Part shown: positions 49,936 to 61,474 of the stretch, piece after piece
Layout: every line of letters begins with the position of its first letter
How positions within the stretch are numbered: the first letter of the stretch is position 1
DNA from: Chiloscyllium plagiosum
Taxonomy: Eukaryota
Direction of reading: 5' to 3'
NCBI RefSeq assembly: GCF_004010195.1
Contig: NC_057719.1
Span: forward strand, 94,012,659 to 94,076,658
DNA length: 64,000 nucleotides
Notes under the pieces: generated by a model
The model's database searches: none
What the model was told of the DNA's origin: nothing
Seen by the model: the letters and a program-made list of their open reading frames with translations, nothing else
Position numbers and translations under genes: made by a program

Positions 49936-50699
49936 TGTTGTGTTTTTGGAAAGTAACTTGTATTCCTGGAAGTCGTGTTGTACAATGTTGCATTCAGGGA
50001 GAGAAGAGGATTTGTTTGAGTTAACTCTGGGTGCGGTATGGAGGCTGTATTCACAGTGAAACTGGGTCTGTAACATGACCCACATCTAGAGCAGAATTTA
50101 CAGAAAGGGGAAGCCTGGAGGGAGGGATTAGGGGTGGGCCTAATTTCAAGATCCAACCTGGATTTTCCAAGTACATTTCCGAAACTACATCCAACTATTG
50201 GCGTGGCCTCGATCTGCCCCTGTGCAGCAGGTCCAAAAGGCTGAATGGAACATCAGAACACAGGGCTGAGAGACACGAGGGGGGCATTCTTGACACTACT
50301 CCACCAGTAAGTAAGGTTGTGGCTCATCTCATTGTGGTCCCAGCTACTCTTTTCTCCCCATGCACCATTATCCCTGATTTACCTGTCTATGAAAAAGCAG
50401 GCGAATCCAGCCTCGATATAATATAAAGTTCTGGCCATCCCAAACTTCTGGGAAAGAGAATTCCCACTTGAATGGATTCCCACTTTGAGAATTTCTCCTG
50501 ATTTCTTCTCTGACTGAGGTTGGAGGGTGTCACTATTTCCTTTTCTAGTCCCACTCCTCCACTGCTCTCAACAAACATTAAATGTAAACAGGTTGGTGAT
50601 ATGGCCGATGATAAAGGTCTCAGACTGGATAAAATCCAGTGATAGGAACAAGTCAGGCAAATTTCTTTAGTCAGAATCAAGTAACTAATATAACTAATG

Positions 50700-51047
50700 G
50701 AGGAACATTGTGGAGCTGTGGTTAGCACTGCTGCCTCACATTACCAGGGAGCTGGGTTCAATTCCAACCTCGAGCGAACCTCTATGTGGCGTTTGAACAT
50801 TCTCCACGTGTCTGTGTGGGTTACCTCCCAGTGCCCCAGTTTCCTCCCACAGACCAAAGATGTGCAGCTTAGAGTCTATTGGCCATGTTAGGTTGTCCAT
50901 AGTGCCAGGCATGTGTCGGTTAGGTGGGATAGTCATGAGAAATATAGGGTTATATGCCTGGCAGGTCTGGGTGTGATGCTTCTTAGTGGGTTGGTGTGGA
51001 TGCGATGGGCAGACTGTCCTGCTTTCACATTGTAAAGATTCTATGAT
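50700..51047 (+). mobile_element. HE1-like SINE
   Basis: gtggttagcactgctgcctcac, gggttcaattcc B box, gattctatga end. Confidence 0.85.
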
Positions 51048-52065
51048 AATGACAACAAGTTTGGACTATACAAACACCAAGTGGGCATCTAGCTGATCCG
51101 CTCTCCTCAAAGTCTTTTATGTTTCAATAAGTTCGCCTCTCATTCAAAGAGTAACCTGTTAAGGCCTTCATAATATAAGCCCTTCATCCCTGGAATATGT
51201 GAAGCGAAGCATATCTGAACAACTTCCAATGTCATTATAACGTTACTCAGGTAAAGAGACAGAATATAATCTCAGATGATTTTTATGTTTGTTTTCTCAG
51301 AGTACTGAGTCTTTGTAAATCTCTTCACCGCAGAGTATTGGAGGCAGAGATATTGAATATTTTTTTCAGGCGCAGACGGAATGGTAGACTCTGTGTAACT
51401 GTTACAGACAAAGGGCAAGAGAAATTTTCATAACAAGAAAAAAGTTACAGTTCAGAAAACGGTCAGGATAACGGCTGAGAATTAAAAATATTCTCCGCTG
51501 GAAATTAAATTTTACAACGAGAAAATTATTTAGAAGCTGTCTTTGGCTGAATACAATAAAGTGAGACAAGTGAATTAGCTAGAATTATTAATTGTAACTT
51601 GATATCGTTAAACATAAATGTGCGTATACTTCTGAATGATCTGTGCAAAATGTGCTTATCATTACCTCGAAGTATAAAGCTGATAGAATATATTGTTAGG
51701 AGAGTGCATTCCCATTGAAAATGCCCTTGAAAAGGCTCTTGAAGATAACCAGGGTAAAAGTGTTCTCTGGTCAGAGACAGGAACCCAGGGGTTTGACTGA
51801 CTAAAAATTCTTCGAACATGGAGATGAGAAAACCATCAGACCAGCTGCGATCCTATTGAATGATAGAGCACATTTGAAGGGCTGAATGGCCTCATGATGG
51901 ATTTGAATTGTATGTGATTTCAGAAACGTACATCTCTACTCCTCCCCTTATGCGTTACATACTAGGTCACTGACATTTTCCTGAAAATTGGAATTATTTG
52001 GAACATTATCTGGAACACTTTATGACCAGCGTGCTTCAGTTTCGCCGTATGGGGTTATTGAAAAG

Positions 52066-52096
52066 GCGAGAGAGAGAGAGAGAGCGAGAGAGAGTG
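52066..52096. repeat. (GA)n microsatellite
   Basis: Direct reading. Confidence 0.9.
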
Positions 52097-52217
52097 AAAG
52101 AGGGAATATGCTGCATGCAGTAATGAGAGTGGTGGAGCATGATCTTCGTTCGTGGGTGAATGCTATAACAGATATACAGTGAGTGTGAGGGAGCAGAGAT
52201 AATACAGTGACCATTAT

Positions 52218-52445
52218 CCTGACAGAGCAGGGAAGGTTATTGATGCTTGCCCTGTATTGTTGGATATTTCTACAGACCGCAGATACTGCACTGAGCTGGG
52301 TGGTCAGCTCAGATCATGCTCGGTGGGTCTGGTGGTGTGGCCCCCTCTGGGAAGAGAATGCTCACCCTCTGTACTAGCCCATTCACCAGGACCTCTGTGC
52401 CCCTGTCAACAAATCGTGGTGGAATTGCCCTATACCTGCCATGCT
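52218..52445 (-). mobile_element. PIF/Harbinger Myb/SANT-like ORF remnant
   Basis: Minus-strand PRFVDRGTEVLVNGLVQRVSILFP then, after a frameshift, RNIQQYRASINNL..VR; resembles the PRF...LFP...QCRKK.NDL domain. Confidence 0.55.
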
Positions 52446-53694
52446 CGGAGTTAACTGCAGTGCAGCTGCAAACAAAGAAAGCTCAACCATTGGCCTATTG
52501 GCCCTTTACAGATGGTAGCAGTGCCAGTGCTTCCAGAATATCCAGGGGCATCCGGGCGATGTTGAATACCTCCAGCCATTATGGGTGGGAGAATAGGACT
52601 GGCATTGGATGCGAGTAACACAATGGGGTGGGTGGGTAGTTAATGAGGTGAGTTAGATAAGATAGCACCAGGAAACTAACTCAGCCTCGGGCAGACAATC
52701 CCTTTGTCACACTCAATGAAAATGGCACTGAGACAAATTATTGTTTGATTCAGCACAATGAGTCGAAGATTCTGCTGAGCCCACTCACAGTTACAAAGCT
52801 GCAGAACAAATGCTAATGCAAAACTCTCCATCATCTGTACTCACACGAATATCCCATTCAGTTGTCATTCTTGGGAATACTGGCTCACGTTGCACGATGC
52901 CATTAAAATATCTTCACTTCAGAATTCTGAAAGCTGTGATCTTTCATGAAATTGTCTCTCAATCTTCCTTTCTCGTTTCCCAAAAATTCTTCAGTTCTTT
53001 TGGTAATTAAACTGACTTCCCTACCATCTCTCTCTGACAGTGATGTTCACACCCACAGCACCCCCTTGGCATGGCACAATAGAGATATGGAGCTGTAAAT
53101 GGATGGGAGCTGCAATTTTGCTATTTCCAACATGGGCTGCATGTTTCCCTACCCTGGGCAGTGGTCTAACACAGTGTTACTGAGCAATATACTAGCGTGA
53201 TGGACACAGATCTACATGCTGGGAGGGTAATTGTTCCAGGTTTACAGATCAATTCACTGCTATTCACTGTACAGCTCCCAAATTGAACAGATAACTTAGC
53301 CACGTTTATACAACAAGGCCACTTGTGTGTGCTGCATATTATCCCATGATGGACAGACCATTTCGCTCAGGTTCCTGAATCAATGAACTTGTGTGATCTG
53401 TCATGCTCCCCATGTTGGACAGATAGATTAGTGAGCACTGCACAGTATTCCATGCTGGACAGATTGCTGAGCTGTACTGAGCCTGGCCTGCACGGTGCTC
53501 CATGCTGACCAGATATATCATCTTGTCTTTTATGTGTCCTGGCTGGGTCTGTGAGGTAGATTGTGCATCCGATATAATTCCTGATAGAGCTATGATTATT
53601 GCAGCTCGAAGCATTCAGCTTCCAAACCCTGGATTTCTGCAACTTTTTGTCCATTAAGTAGTTATCCAATTACAACATGAATATATGTCCTTCT

Positions 53695-54180
53695 TGTCAT
53701 GGACTCGAACAGACGCCTCTCACAATATATGAAGAAGGTAGTCTCGACCCGAACATTTTCTTATTTTAAAGGTTTGGCGCTGTGCTTAAGATGCAGTTCG
53801 TTTGGTCAAAATATTCGACATTAAACAAAACACAATTTGTTCAAACACTGTGGACAAAATACAACAAAAATAAGAGTAACTTGGAAAAGCTTAATTAATA
53901 GGAAAATTCAACAGATTAATAGTTTCTTTAATTGCTAAATAGTAACTGAACCAATATTGTAACATTCTAGAAACACACGCGTGTCAAAAAACAAATTCAG
54001 GAAACATAATGTCTCAAAAGACAATTCTGCGAGAAATCTCAGGGAGAGAGAGCAGTAGTTGGGAGAGATTTATTGCCTTCCAATCCTGCTGAAACCCCAA
54101 CAATAAATGGCGAAATGTAAAACTATGAATCCTTGTTCTGTGAGAGCTTGACCATCATTTCACAGGACAAGGACCACAGG
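53695..54180 (-). mobile_element. Possible solo LTR
   Basis: Starts tgtcatgg, with A-rich LTR-like composition; right end and TSD not identified. Confidence 0.3.
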
Positions 54181-54832
54181 GAATGGACTGTATCTACACC
54201 GTCTATGGCACTGTAATAGCGTCTCAAACATGCCTAACCCCACCTAATCCCTGCAGTTTTAGTAAGATAAATCTCAAAGTTAGATACAAATAATTAAAGC
54301 CTAAAGATGCAGCAGGCCTGGTGATCAAACACAGACGGCCTCTGGACCAACAATTCCTAACGTGCCACAACACAGTAAACTTATCGAGCTTGTGAAGAGA
54401 AAGCATCATCTCTCTCCCTCACATCTAACTTTACAATTGGAGATGTGCCATTCAACCAATAGTCACCGATACCATCAGCACTCCAAACCAAGTATTTTTG
54501 TCATACATCAGGATTGTTGTGAAAGGGACTAACTGGAGCTGTTTGTTCGGTGACTGTGATTGATGCCAGTCTCCATGGATCTTAACTGTGTCATTGGAAG
54601 TTTTCCGCTTCTATTAATAAGGGGCTTCCTTCAACGTGTTATCTCATAGTATCAGCAGCAGTGTCATCCTCAAGGTGATTGGGATCAACAGCTACAGAGA
54701 AAGGTAGAGGGAAGCAATCTTAGAACAATAGACCGGAATGTTCCAACAATGAATTAGAATTTGAGAACATTAGACTGGAATGTTTCAACAATAGATCAGC
54801 ATCTGAATGTTTTAGACTGGAATGTTCTAACA

Positions 54833-54965
54833 ATGGACAGGAGTTTATCTGCAGGTTTTTACTTGCTTTCTCGGGATTGGCCATGGTTAGAGTTGCGGAT
54901 ACAAGCCGTACTGATGATTATTCAAGTTGGGTACTATCCCATCCTCGCAATTATTTGTGTACCTG
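54833..54965 (+). CDS. GPR139-like: GPR139/GPR142-like class A GPCR, exon 1 (N-terminus and most of TM1); remainder not in window
   Basis: MDRSLSAGFYLLSRDWPWLELRIQAVLMIIQVGYYPILAIICVP, then G|gtaag phase-1 donor. Parallels the human GPR139 exon 1 end VYYSLLLCLGLP and its phase-1 intron. The upstream ATG at 54749 is followed by TAG, so functionality is uncertain. Confidence 0.65.
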
Positions 54966-55399
54966 GTAAGCCTATCTCTGTCAATTCTATAAATAATGGT
55001 GAAGGTTATTGCTATTTCAGTTATTTATATTTAATATATGCATAAACTGTTATCTTCAGTCTCAGTCACAAACTCCACTTGATTTGCATCAATTTCAACT
55101 CCTCACTCATAAACATCTGAGAGGAACAAATTCATTCAGACACTTGAGTCTTCCTTTTACCCTCAACTGATTCTCTATATTTTCTCTGCCATTAAACCTG
55201 CCCACACCCAGCTCCGTAATATCCCCAGTCTCCAGCTCTGCCTCAATGCTGTTGTTGAATTTGCCGTCATATGCCCCCTTGTTAACTTCAGATTTTACGG
55301 CTCCAGTTCTCTCCTGACCTCTCCTCCAATTGCAAATACTTTGAACACATACTTGCTCTTGTCTCTCCAGCTATTTCATAATAGGGACCCCATATCAGA

Positions 55400-55735
55400 G
55401 TAATAATGCCACTGGTCGGGTAATTGAGAGGCACAGGTTATGACATTAAAGGCATTGTTTCAAATCCTATCATAGCCAATGACAGAACTTAAATTCGAAT
55501 GACAAAAATTGAAATGAAATCTCATTTTACTAACTGCAACGATAAACCCTCTGGATTTCTTTCATTATTTCAGTTACAGCCTTTGATAAAGAGACTAAGT
55601 GTGACTTCAGATCCACGACCACATAGTTGGCTCCGTATTGTCTTGACAAATGGCTTCACAACCAAAGCCGTTAGTGATGTCCAAAAAATGCTGATTTTGC
55701 TGGTGATGCTGACATCCCATGAAATAAAAGCATTA
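55400..55735 (+). mobile_element. Old SacSINE1/Deu-like SINE in intron of copy 3
   Basis: gtttcaaatcc B-box remnant, gtgtgacttcagatccac Deu remnant, tail aatgctg..gatgctgacatcccatgaaataaa. Confidence 0.6.
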
Positions 55736-56499
55736 AAGGTGAAATAAACCAAGAAAATGCTGGAGATTTGAAATAAAATTCTTCAGCGTCTGAAGATGTT
55801 GGAGAATCTCAGCAAATATGGTAGCCTCTGTCACGAGAAAAACAAATAAAGTTTCAAGTCTCGTGACTCTACATCAACACTGAAAACAACAGATAAATAA
55901 TAGTATTTATACCAGGGATGGTTGGATGAGTGAGGGGGAAATTATTCGAATGGATGGAGAAATGTCAAGCAAGAGATAGAAAGAGGCAGAGAGAGAAATG
56001 AAATGCAAACAAAGGGACTGTTGATGATGAAGTAGTGGGATAATAAAAAGGGAGCTTCATCTATCCTTACTCCTTTCCACATATTCCTGAATATGACGTC
56101 AATCTGGGTTAAAGTGAGTTATATTCCCTATATTGCTCTTCTCTGAGTGAGATGACCAACGCCATTGGCAATACTTGTGGTGCCGTTATTGTCGCTGAAA
56201 TACAGAGAAACGTAATGTCACATTGTCAACAGCTTCTTCAGAGAAAGGGGCTGTTAATGTGGGACTGTCAGAGATGTAACGGCTTTTTCTGCCAGAAATA
56301 TAAACATTTTCAACAAGGAGAGGGTGCACTGTGTGTGTGAGAGGTTTTGACTTGCGCCTGTCATTAGACAGTAAGGGAAGATTCTGTGGACGCTTTTCTC
56401 GGGTGTGTATTATCAGCTGCTGCATGTGTTCAGAGAGCCAAAGGATCCGGTGACCCCACTCTGGACATTGCATTTACAGAGTGTCTCGGTGCATGGGAA

Positions 56500-56870
56500 A
56501 CAAATGGAGCTGAGAGCATACAGAAAGGAAACTTTGTACAGGGGGAGGGGCTGGGCATTGTACTATCATCTCTGGGATTTCCAGGAATATCTTTCTTAGC
56601 TGAAACAATTCCAAACGTAAAATGTGAAACTTTCAAAAATGCGGATAGCCACTGAGCTGAGGCACCTGTAGCCTCACACCAGGGACAGAACTGTACTGAC
56701 ACTCACCATGAAGTGAACTGGATTAATTCTGGAATTTTCCAGTTCGTGTTGTTAACATATTCATCATCTCCATAGTGCAGTCCTCCGAAATATTCACTGG
56801 CTCTCAGAAGCCATCTGCCAGCTGAGAGGAATACATTGCGTCCATCTCCCTGAGGAAGGTACAGAAGCAA
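56500..56870 (+). mobile_element. PIF/Harbinger (HARBI1-like) transposase N-terminal remnant
   Basis: ATELRHL*PHTRDRTVLTLTMK*T, SGIFQ, SAVLRNIHWLSEAI resemble ELC.LL..P..R.AL.V..KVT..GSFQ..S.V.R.I..V..A. Confidence 0.5.
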
Positions 56871-56879
56871 ACTTCCAGA

Positions 56880-57960
56880 TATAATAGGGAACAGGGAAAC
56901 TGGTGAAAATGAGGACCTGCACGAAACGAGATTAATGAAGAGTATGTTTTCGAAATCTAATCAAATTGAAGTTTGGTAAGGTGCTGCATCTGATGAGTAC
57001 CATTCTGGAGTATTGACGAGGTGGCAACAGAGCTAGCAAAAGAATTACTGATTATTTATCAAAGCTGGTTACATACTAGAAAGGATCCTGCAGACTGGAA
57101 AGCAGCAATGGTAATCCTAAATATTTAAAACAGGCCGGAGAGGGCAAACAGAAAACTAAATAGCTTCATGTCAGCTGTAAGAAAATAACACTGGGACCTT
57201 TTGTAAGAATATGGCAATTAGACACCTGGAAAATAATGATATGATTTTATAGATTTGGCCCAGATTCAGTGAAGGGAAATGAACTTTGCTAAACCTGTTG
57301 GAATTTGTGGGTTCTGTCCGTTATGTCATTGACAATTGAGAAACAGAAGAGTGGAGTAATTGAATTTTCAGAAAACGTTTGACATTGTTGAATGCAGGTT
57401 GATGGAGAATGTTAGAGTCCATGGGTAGGTAGTGGTGGAATATACGCCATATGTATTAAAAATTGGAATGTGGACAAAATGAACAGAGTAGTGTTTTTTT
57501 TTCTCTCGACGGAAGGCTTGTCGGGTCTCAGAAGGATCAGTTCTTGTGCAATAGCTGTGCATAAGGTATAAAAATGATTCAGATGTGAACAACAAATGCC
57601 ATCATTGACATTTACGTTTATTAAATGATTAGAGGTTGGGAGGGCTGTTGTTGGAAAGGACTTGGATGTCTTTGGTTATAAGTCACTAACAGAATTCATA
57701 TGTGGCAGTAAGTAATTATTACTGTAAAGGACATGTGGTCCGTCATGGAAAATTATTAAAGTACCAGAGTAAATATATCTTACTAAATGGAAGTGTTTTG
57801 TTGAGCTAGTATTTGGGGTAATGTGTACAGGCTGAGTCTGCTTTATAAATAATGATCTCAATGTCACCGAGATAGTGCAATGCAGTTTCACCAGACGAAA
57901 CCATGGCATGACGGTACCATCAAGAGATAGTGCAGTAATTATGTGTTTAACCTGTAGCTC
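56880..57960 (+). mobile_element. Old CR1 RT remnant
   Basis: gcagactggaaagcagcaatggtaatcc, aacctgttggaattt, aattttcagaaaacgtttgac. Confidence 0.55.
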
Positions 57961-59659
57961 TGTGACAGACAAGAAATTGAAACTTGATGGCTATGGACGG
58001 ACACTCATTATGTCTCAAGCAGCCATTGGTAAGGTCAGAAATTCCATACTTTCCGTAGTATGCTCGATTCTTGATAGTTTGCATGCCTGTGTAGAGCCCT
58101 CATTTCGATTGACAGTGAGGTACAGGCTCTGAATGAACTCTGAACACTTCCATGCGCAGTTACTGTGTGACTCTGCAATCAATGTAACATTGTACACAAA
58201 CCTGTCAAAAGCCACAGTTTCTGACTTCCAGAGAGAACATGGGTCTGCTCTCGCAGCCATGGAAAATGCCTTTGAAACTGGTTAAAAAATTGGCGCCATT
58301 CCTACTCCCAGGAAACCATGTTAAAGTAACACATATGTATTTTGAGTAATGAAACCACGAGGAACAAGGTGGAGCAGTCTATGCAGACACTGCTCCATTT
58401 GTTTGTGATGCTGGAGCATCTCTGACACCTTCCTGTTCCTTGGTTAGTGACTAAAGAATCTGAACGACTTATTCCTTTTCCTTTTTAGTGACTCCGGGTG
58501 TGAAATGGTCACTTTCTGATCCTGTGTCAGTGATGTGTGGAAGTGAGCAGACTGCTTGTCTTCCTGTGTAATAGGCAGGAGGGGCTGGATGGGCTCTCTC
58601 TCTCTTTGTACAATAGCTTTGATGGGCTGAATGACTTGCCCATATTTTTGTGAAGACAGATTAAGGTTCTGAGTGAACGCTTCCGTTTACTGTGGAAATG
58701 TGCAGTGTCTGGCAGAGCTGGTACATGAATGTTACCAACGATTTAGCAGCACAGGCTTGATTGCTATCCAGCTCTTGTTGAGCATGGACACAGACCATTT
58801 TAGAAACTGAGGGATGACGAAGTATGGTGAACATTGTGTAACCTAGATTGAATATCCCCCACTTCTGTACGGTGTCAACTCAATGGGCTGAATGGCCTGC
58901 TTCCACATTGCAGGGATTCCCCGCTGACAAACTGGAGATGCCTGGGCTGAGGGAGCTACCTTGAGGATCTCCTGCAGTGATGTCCCACAGCTGAGATTAT
59001 TGATGCCCACCGAAAATAAACATATTCCCTTGAGCTGTGAATAACTCCAAACACTGGAGAGTTTGCAATGGATTCTCATGAGGTGCAATTTCCTCAGGAT
59101 CCTTGATGTCACCTTCATTTAAATATTGCCCTGATATCAGTGCCAGTCGCTTTAACCTAAGCCCTTGTATTCACCTCTATCGCTCATGCCAATAGATCAT
59201 CGTGTATGAGCAGGAAGTGATTTCTTCAAACAGAGGGTAGTGAATTTCAGGAATTCTTATTCCAGAGAGTCAGGGGAGCAAGATCACGGAAAGATCTCTG
59301 AAAGGTCTTCCCTGTTGCTGTGCACCAAGTTATAGCAGTACGTAGCCTCCAAGTGCTCCTGTCTAGCAGGTTTGAGGGGCTGAATGGAACATTGGAACAT
59401 CGCACTCAGGAGCAGGGTCCGGTCGCTCGATACGATGAAGCTGCTCCACGTGGCACAAAGATTGTGGAATATCGGTTTGTCGTCTCAGCCCTGCTTTTCT
59501 ATCTGTATTCCATTACCCATGACTCAATCGATGTCAAATATTAATGGACTCAGTTTGAATAAATGTGAACAAAAAGGCACTATATAACTCTGTGATAGAG
59601 AATTCCCACTCAAATGGACCTTTTAGAATTTCTCCTCATCTCTTACAGTGTCCTATAGC

Positions 59660-60830
59660 AGGGAACCATATCCACATTACTTAGACATCCCAATCCGATC
59701 TCAACCTATTTGCCAACATTAGGTCCATATCCTTCTAAATCCTTTCTATTAATATGCACATCCAGATGTCTTTTAAATGTTGCAACGTTAGCAGCTTGCA
59801 TCACCTTCTTCGACAGCTCATTCCATATCACACCATTGTTTGCATGAAAATGTTATCCCTTTTCTTTCATTCTCCTCTCACTTTAAGCCTGTGTCCTGGA
59901 GTTTTGGACTCTCCTATCCTAAGAAAAAGACATTGGTTTTTCAGATTATCCATGTTACTCATGATTTATAAACCTGTATAATGTCACGTCCATGCCTCCA
60001 ATGCTCCAGTGTAAGCAATCTCCAGTCTGTCAATCTTCTCACTGTAGCTCAATCCCTCCATGCCCGTCAATATCCTTGTAAATGTTTTCTGAACCCTCTC
60101 AAGTTTAATAACATCCTTCCCATAGTAATGAGAACAAAATTACACATGATATAATAAATATGATCTCGCAAACATCCTGCTCAGTTGCAACTTGATCTCC
60201 CAAATTGCATATTCAATGCAATGACCAATAAAGGCAAGCATACCAAACCCCCTTCTTCACCAAAGTTTACCTGCGACTTCACTTTTAAGGAACTATGATC
60301 CAGCACCCATTTGTTCAACAACACTCCCCAGGACCCCACCATAAATTGTATATGTCTTGCCGTATGTTACCTTACCAAAATGCAACACTTCGCATCTATC
60401 TAAATTTACCTCCATCTGTCATCTTTGGCCCATTGGCCCATCTAATTAAAGTCCCGTTATACTCTAAGGTAAATCCTGATGGTCACTGCACCTCCAATTT
60501 TGATGTCACCTGTAAACATAATGAACAGGCAAATATTCACATCCGATTCATTTATATAAATGATAAAAACAGTGGACTCAGCACCTTTTGTTCAGCATTG
60601 GTCACAGGATTCCAGTCTGAAAAGCAGTCCTCTACCACCCTCTGCCTCCTAGATTCACTCTAATTTTGCAGTGGATTGGATAACTTATCTTGGATACATT
60701 TATGATCCTAACTTAGTAATTTGTCACGTGGAATCCTGACGAATGCCTTGCTGAACGCCAAATGCACAGCGGCTGCCACACTGCCTTCACCGATCACCAT
60801 TTCCCGCCTCGAACATGTGACTGCCCTATT
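59660..60830 (-). mobile_element. CR1 3' portion
   Basis: Reverse-complement CR1 C-terminus and 3' UTR, similar to 61475-62770. Confidence 0.75.
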
Positions 60831-60894
60831 GTTAAAACCATGAAAAAATCCAAGGCAGGTGACCACTTTCCAACCTTTCTTCCACGGTATGATC

Positions 60895-61470
60895 AATCAC
60901 TGGGCTGAGGAGTGGCAAATGGAGTTTAATTTCGATTGATGAAATGGATCTCAATTTGGTCAAACAAACAAGGAGAGGACATCTGCAAGTAAATGTTGGG
61001 CCATTGATAGTGTTGCAGAACAGAGAGATCTAGGGGTTCTGGTATATTTCTTTGAAGTTTGCATCATATTTCGGCAGAGTGGGTCTGAAGGCGTTGGCTT
61101 GCTGGCCTTCATTGCTCATAACTTAGAGTACAGGGGGTGGAATGTGCAGTTCATTCTTGACGTCGCCCCTGGAGTACTGTGTGCAATTCAGGTCACCCAA
61201 TCACAATGAGGATATTATTAAACTGGAGATGTTTCAGAAAAGATTTCCCAGGATGTATTTGTAAAACGAGAGTTTAAGTGATAAGGATAGGCTCGATGAA
61301 CTGGAAACCTTTCCAAAGCAGCATAGGAGGTTGAGATCTTATAAACCTTAAGAGGTTTATAAAACAATGAGGGGTATAGATAATGTTGAATGGCAGGTGT
61401 CCTTTCCTTAGAGTGGTGGATTTCAAGACGAGGGAGCAATTTTGAGATACGGTGAGAAAGGTTTACTAAA
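60895..61470 (+). mobile_element. CR1 RT C-terminal fragment
   Basis: tgggctgaggagtggcaaatggagtttaat, ctggagtactgtgtgcaattc. Confidence 0.75.
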
Positions 61471-61474
61471 GACA

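Larger units (their letters stand above)
54500..58440 (+). repeat. Segmental duplication unit 3 (patchy homology, with extra insertions)
   Basis: 54520-55330, 56080-56250 and 58120-58440 match the corresponding parts of units 1 and 2 in the same order. Confidence 0.7.

Noticed and set aside
53728..53760. Hammerhead-like tgaagaagg..cccgaac
   Set aside because: It lacks the initial C and the GAAA, stem II pairs poorly, and no pLTR flank is present.
54966..55045. 3' part of the 94-aa ORF 54761-55045
   Set aside because: It is read-through past the gtaag donor into intron sequence not conserved as coding in the paralogs.
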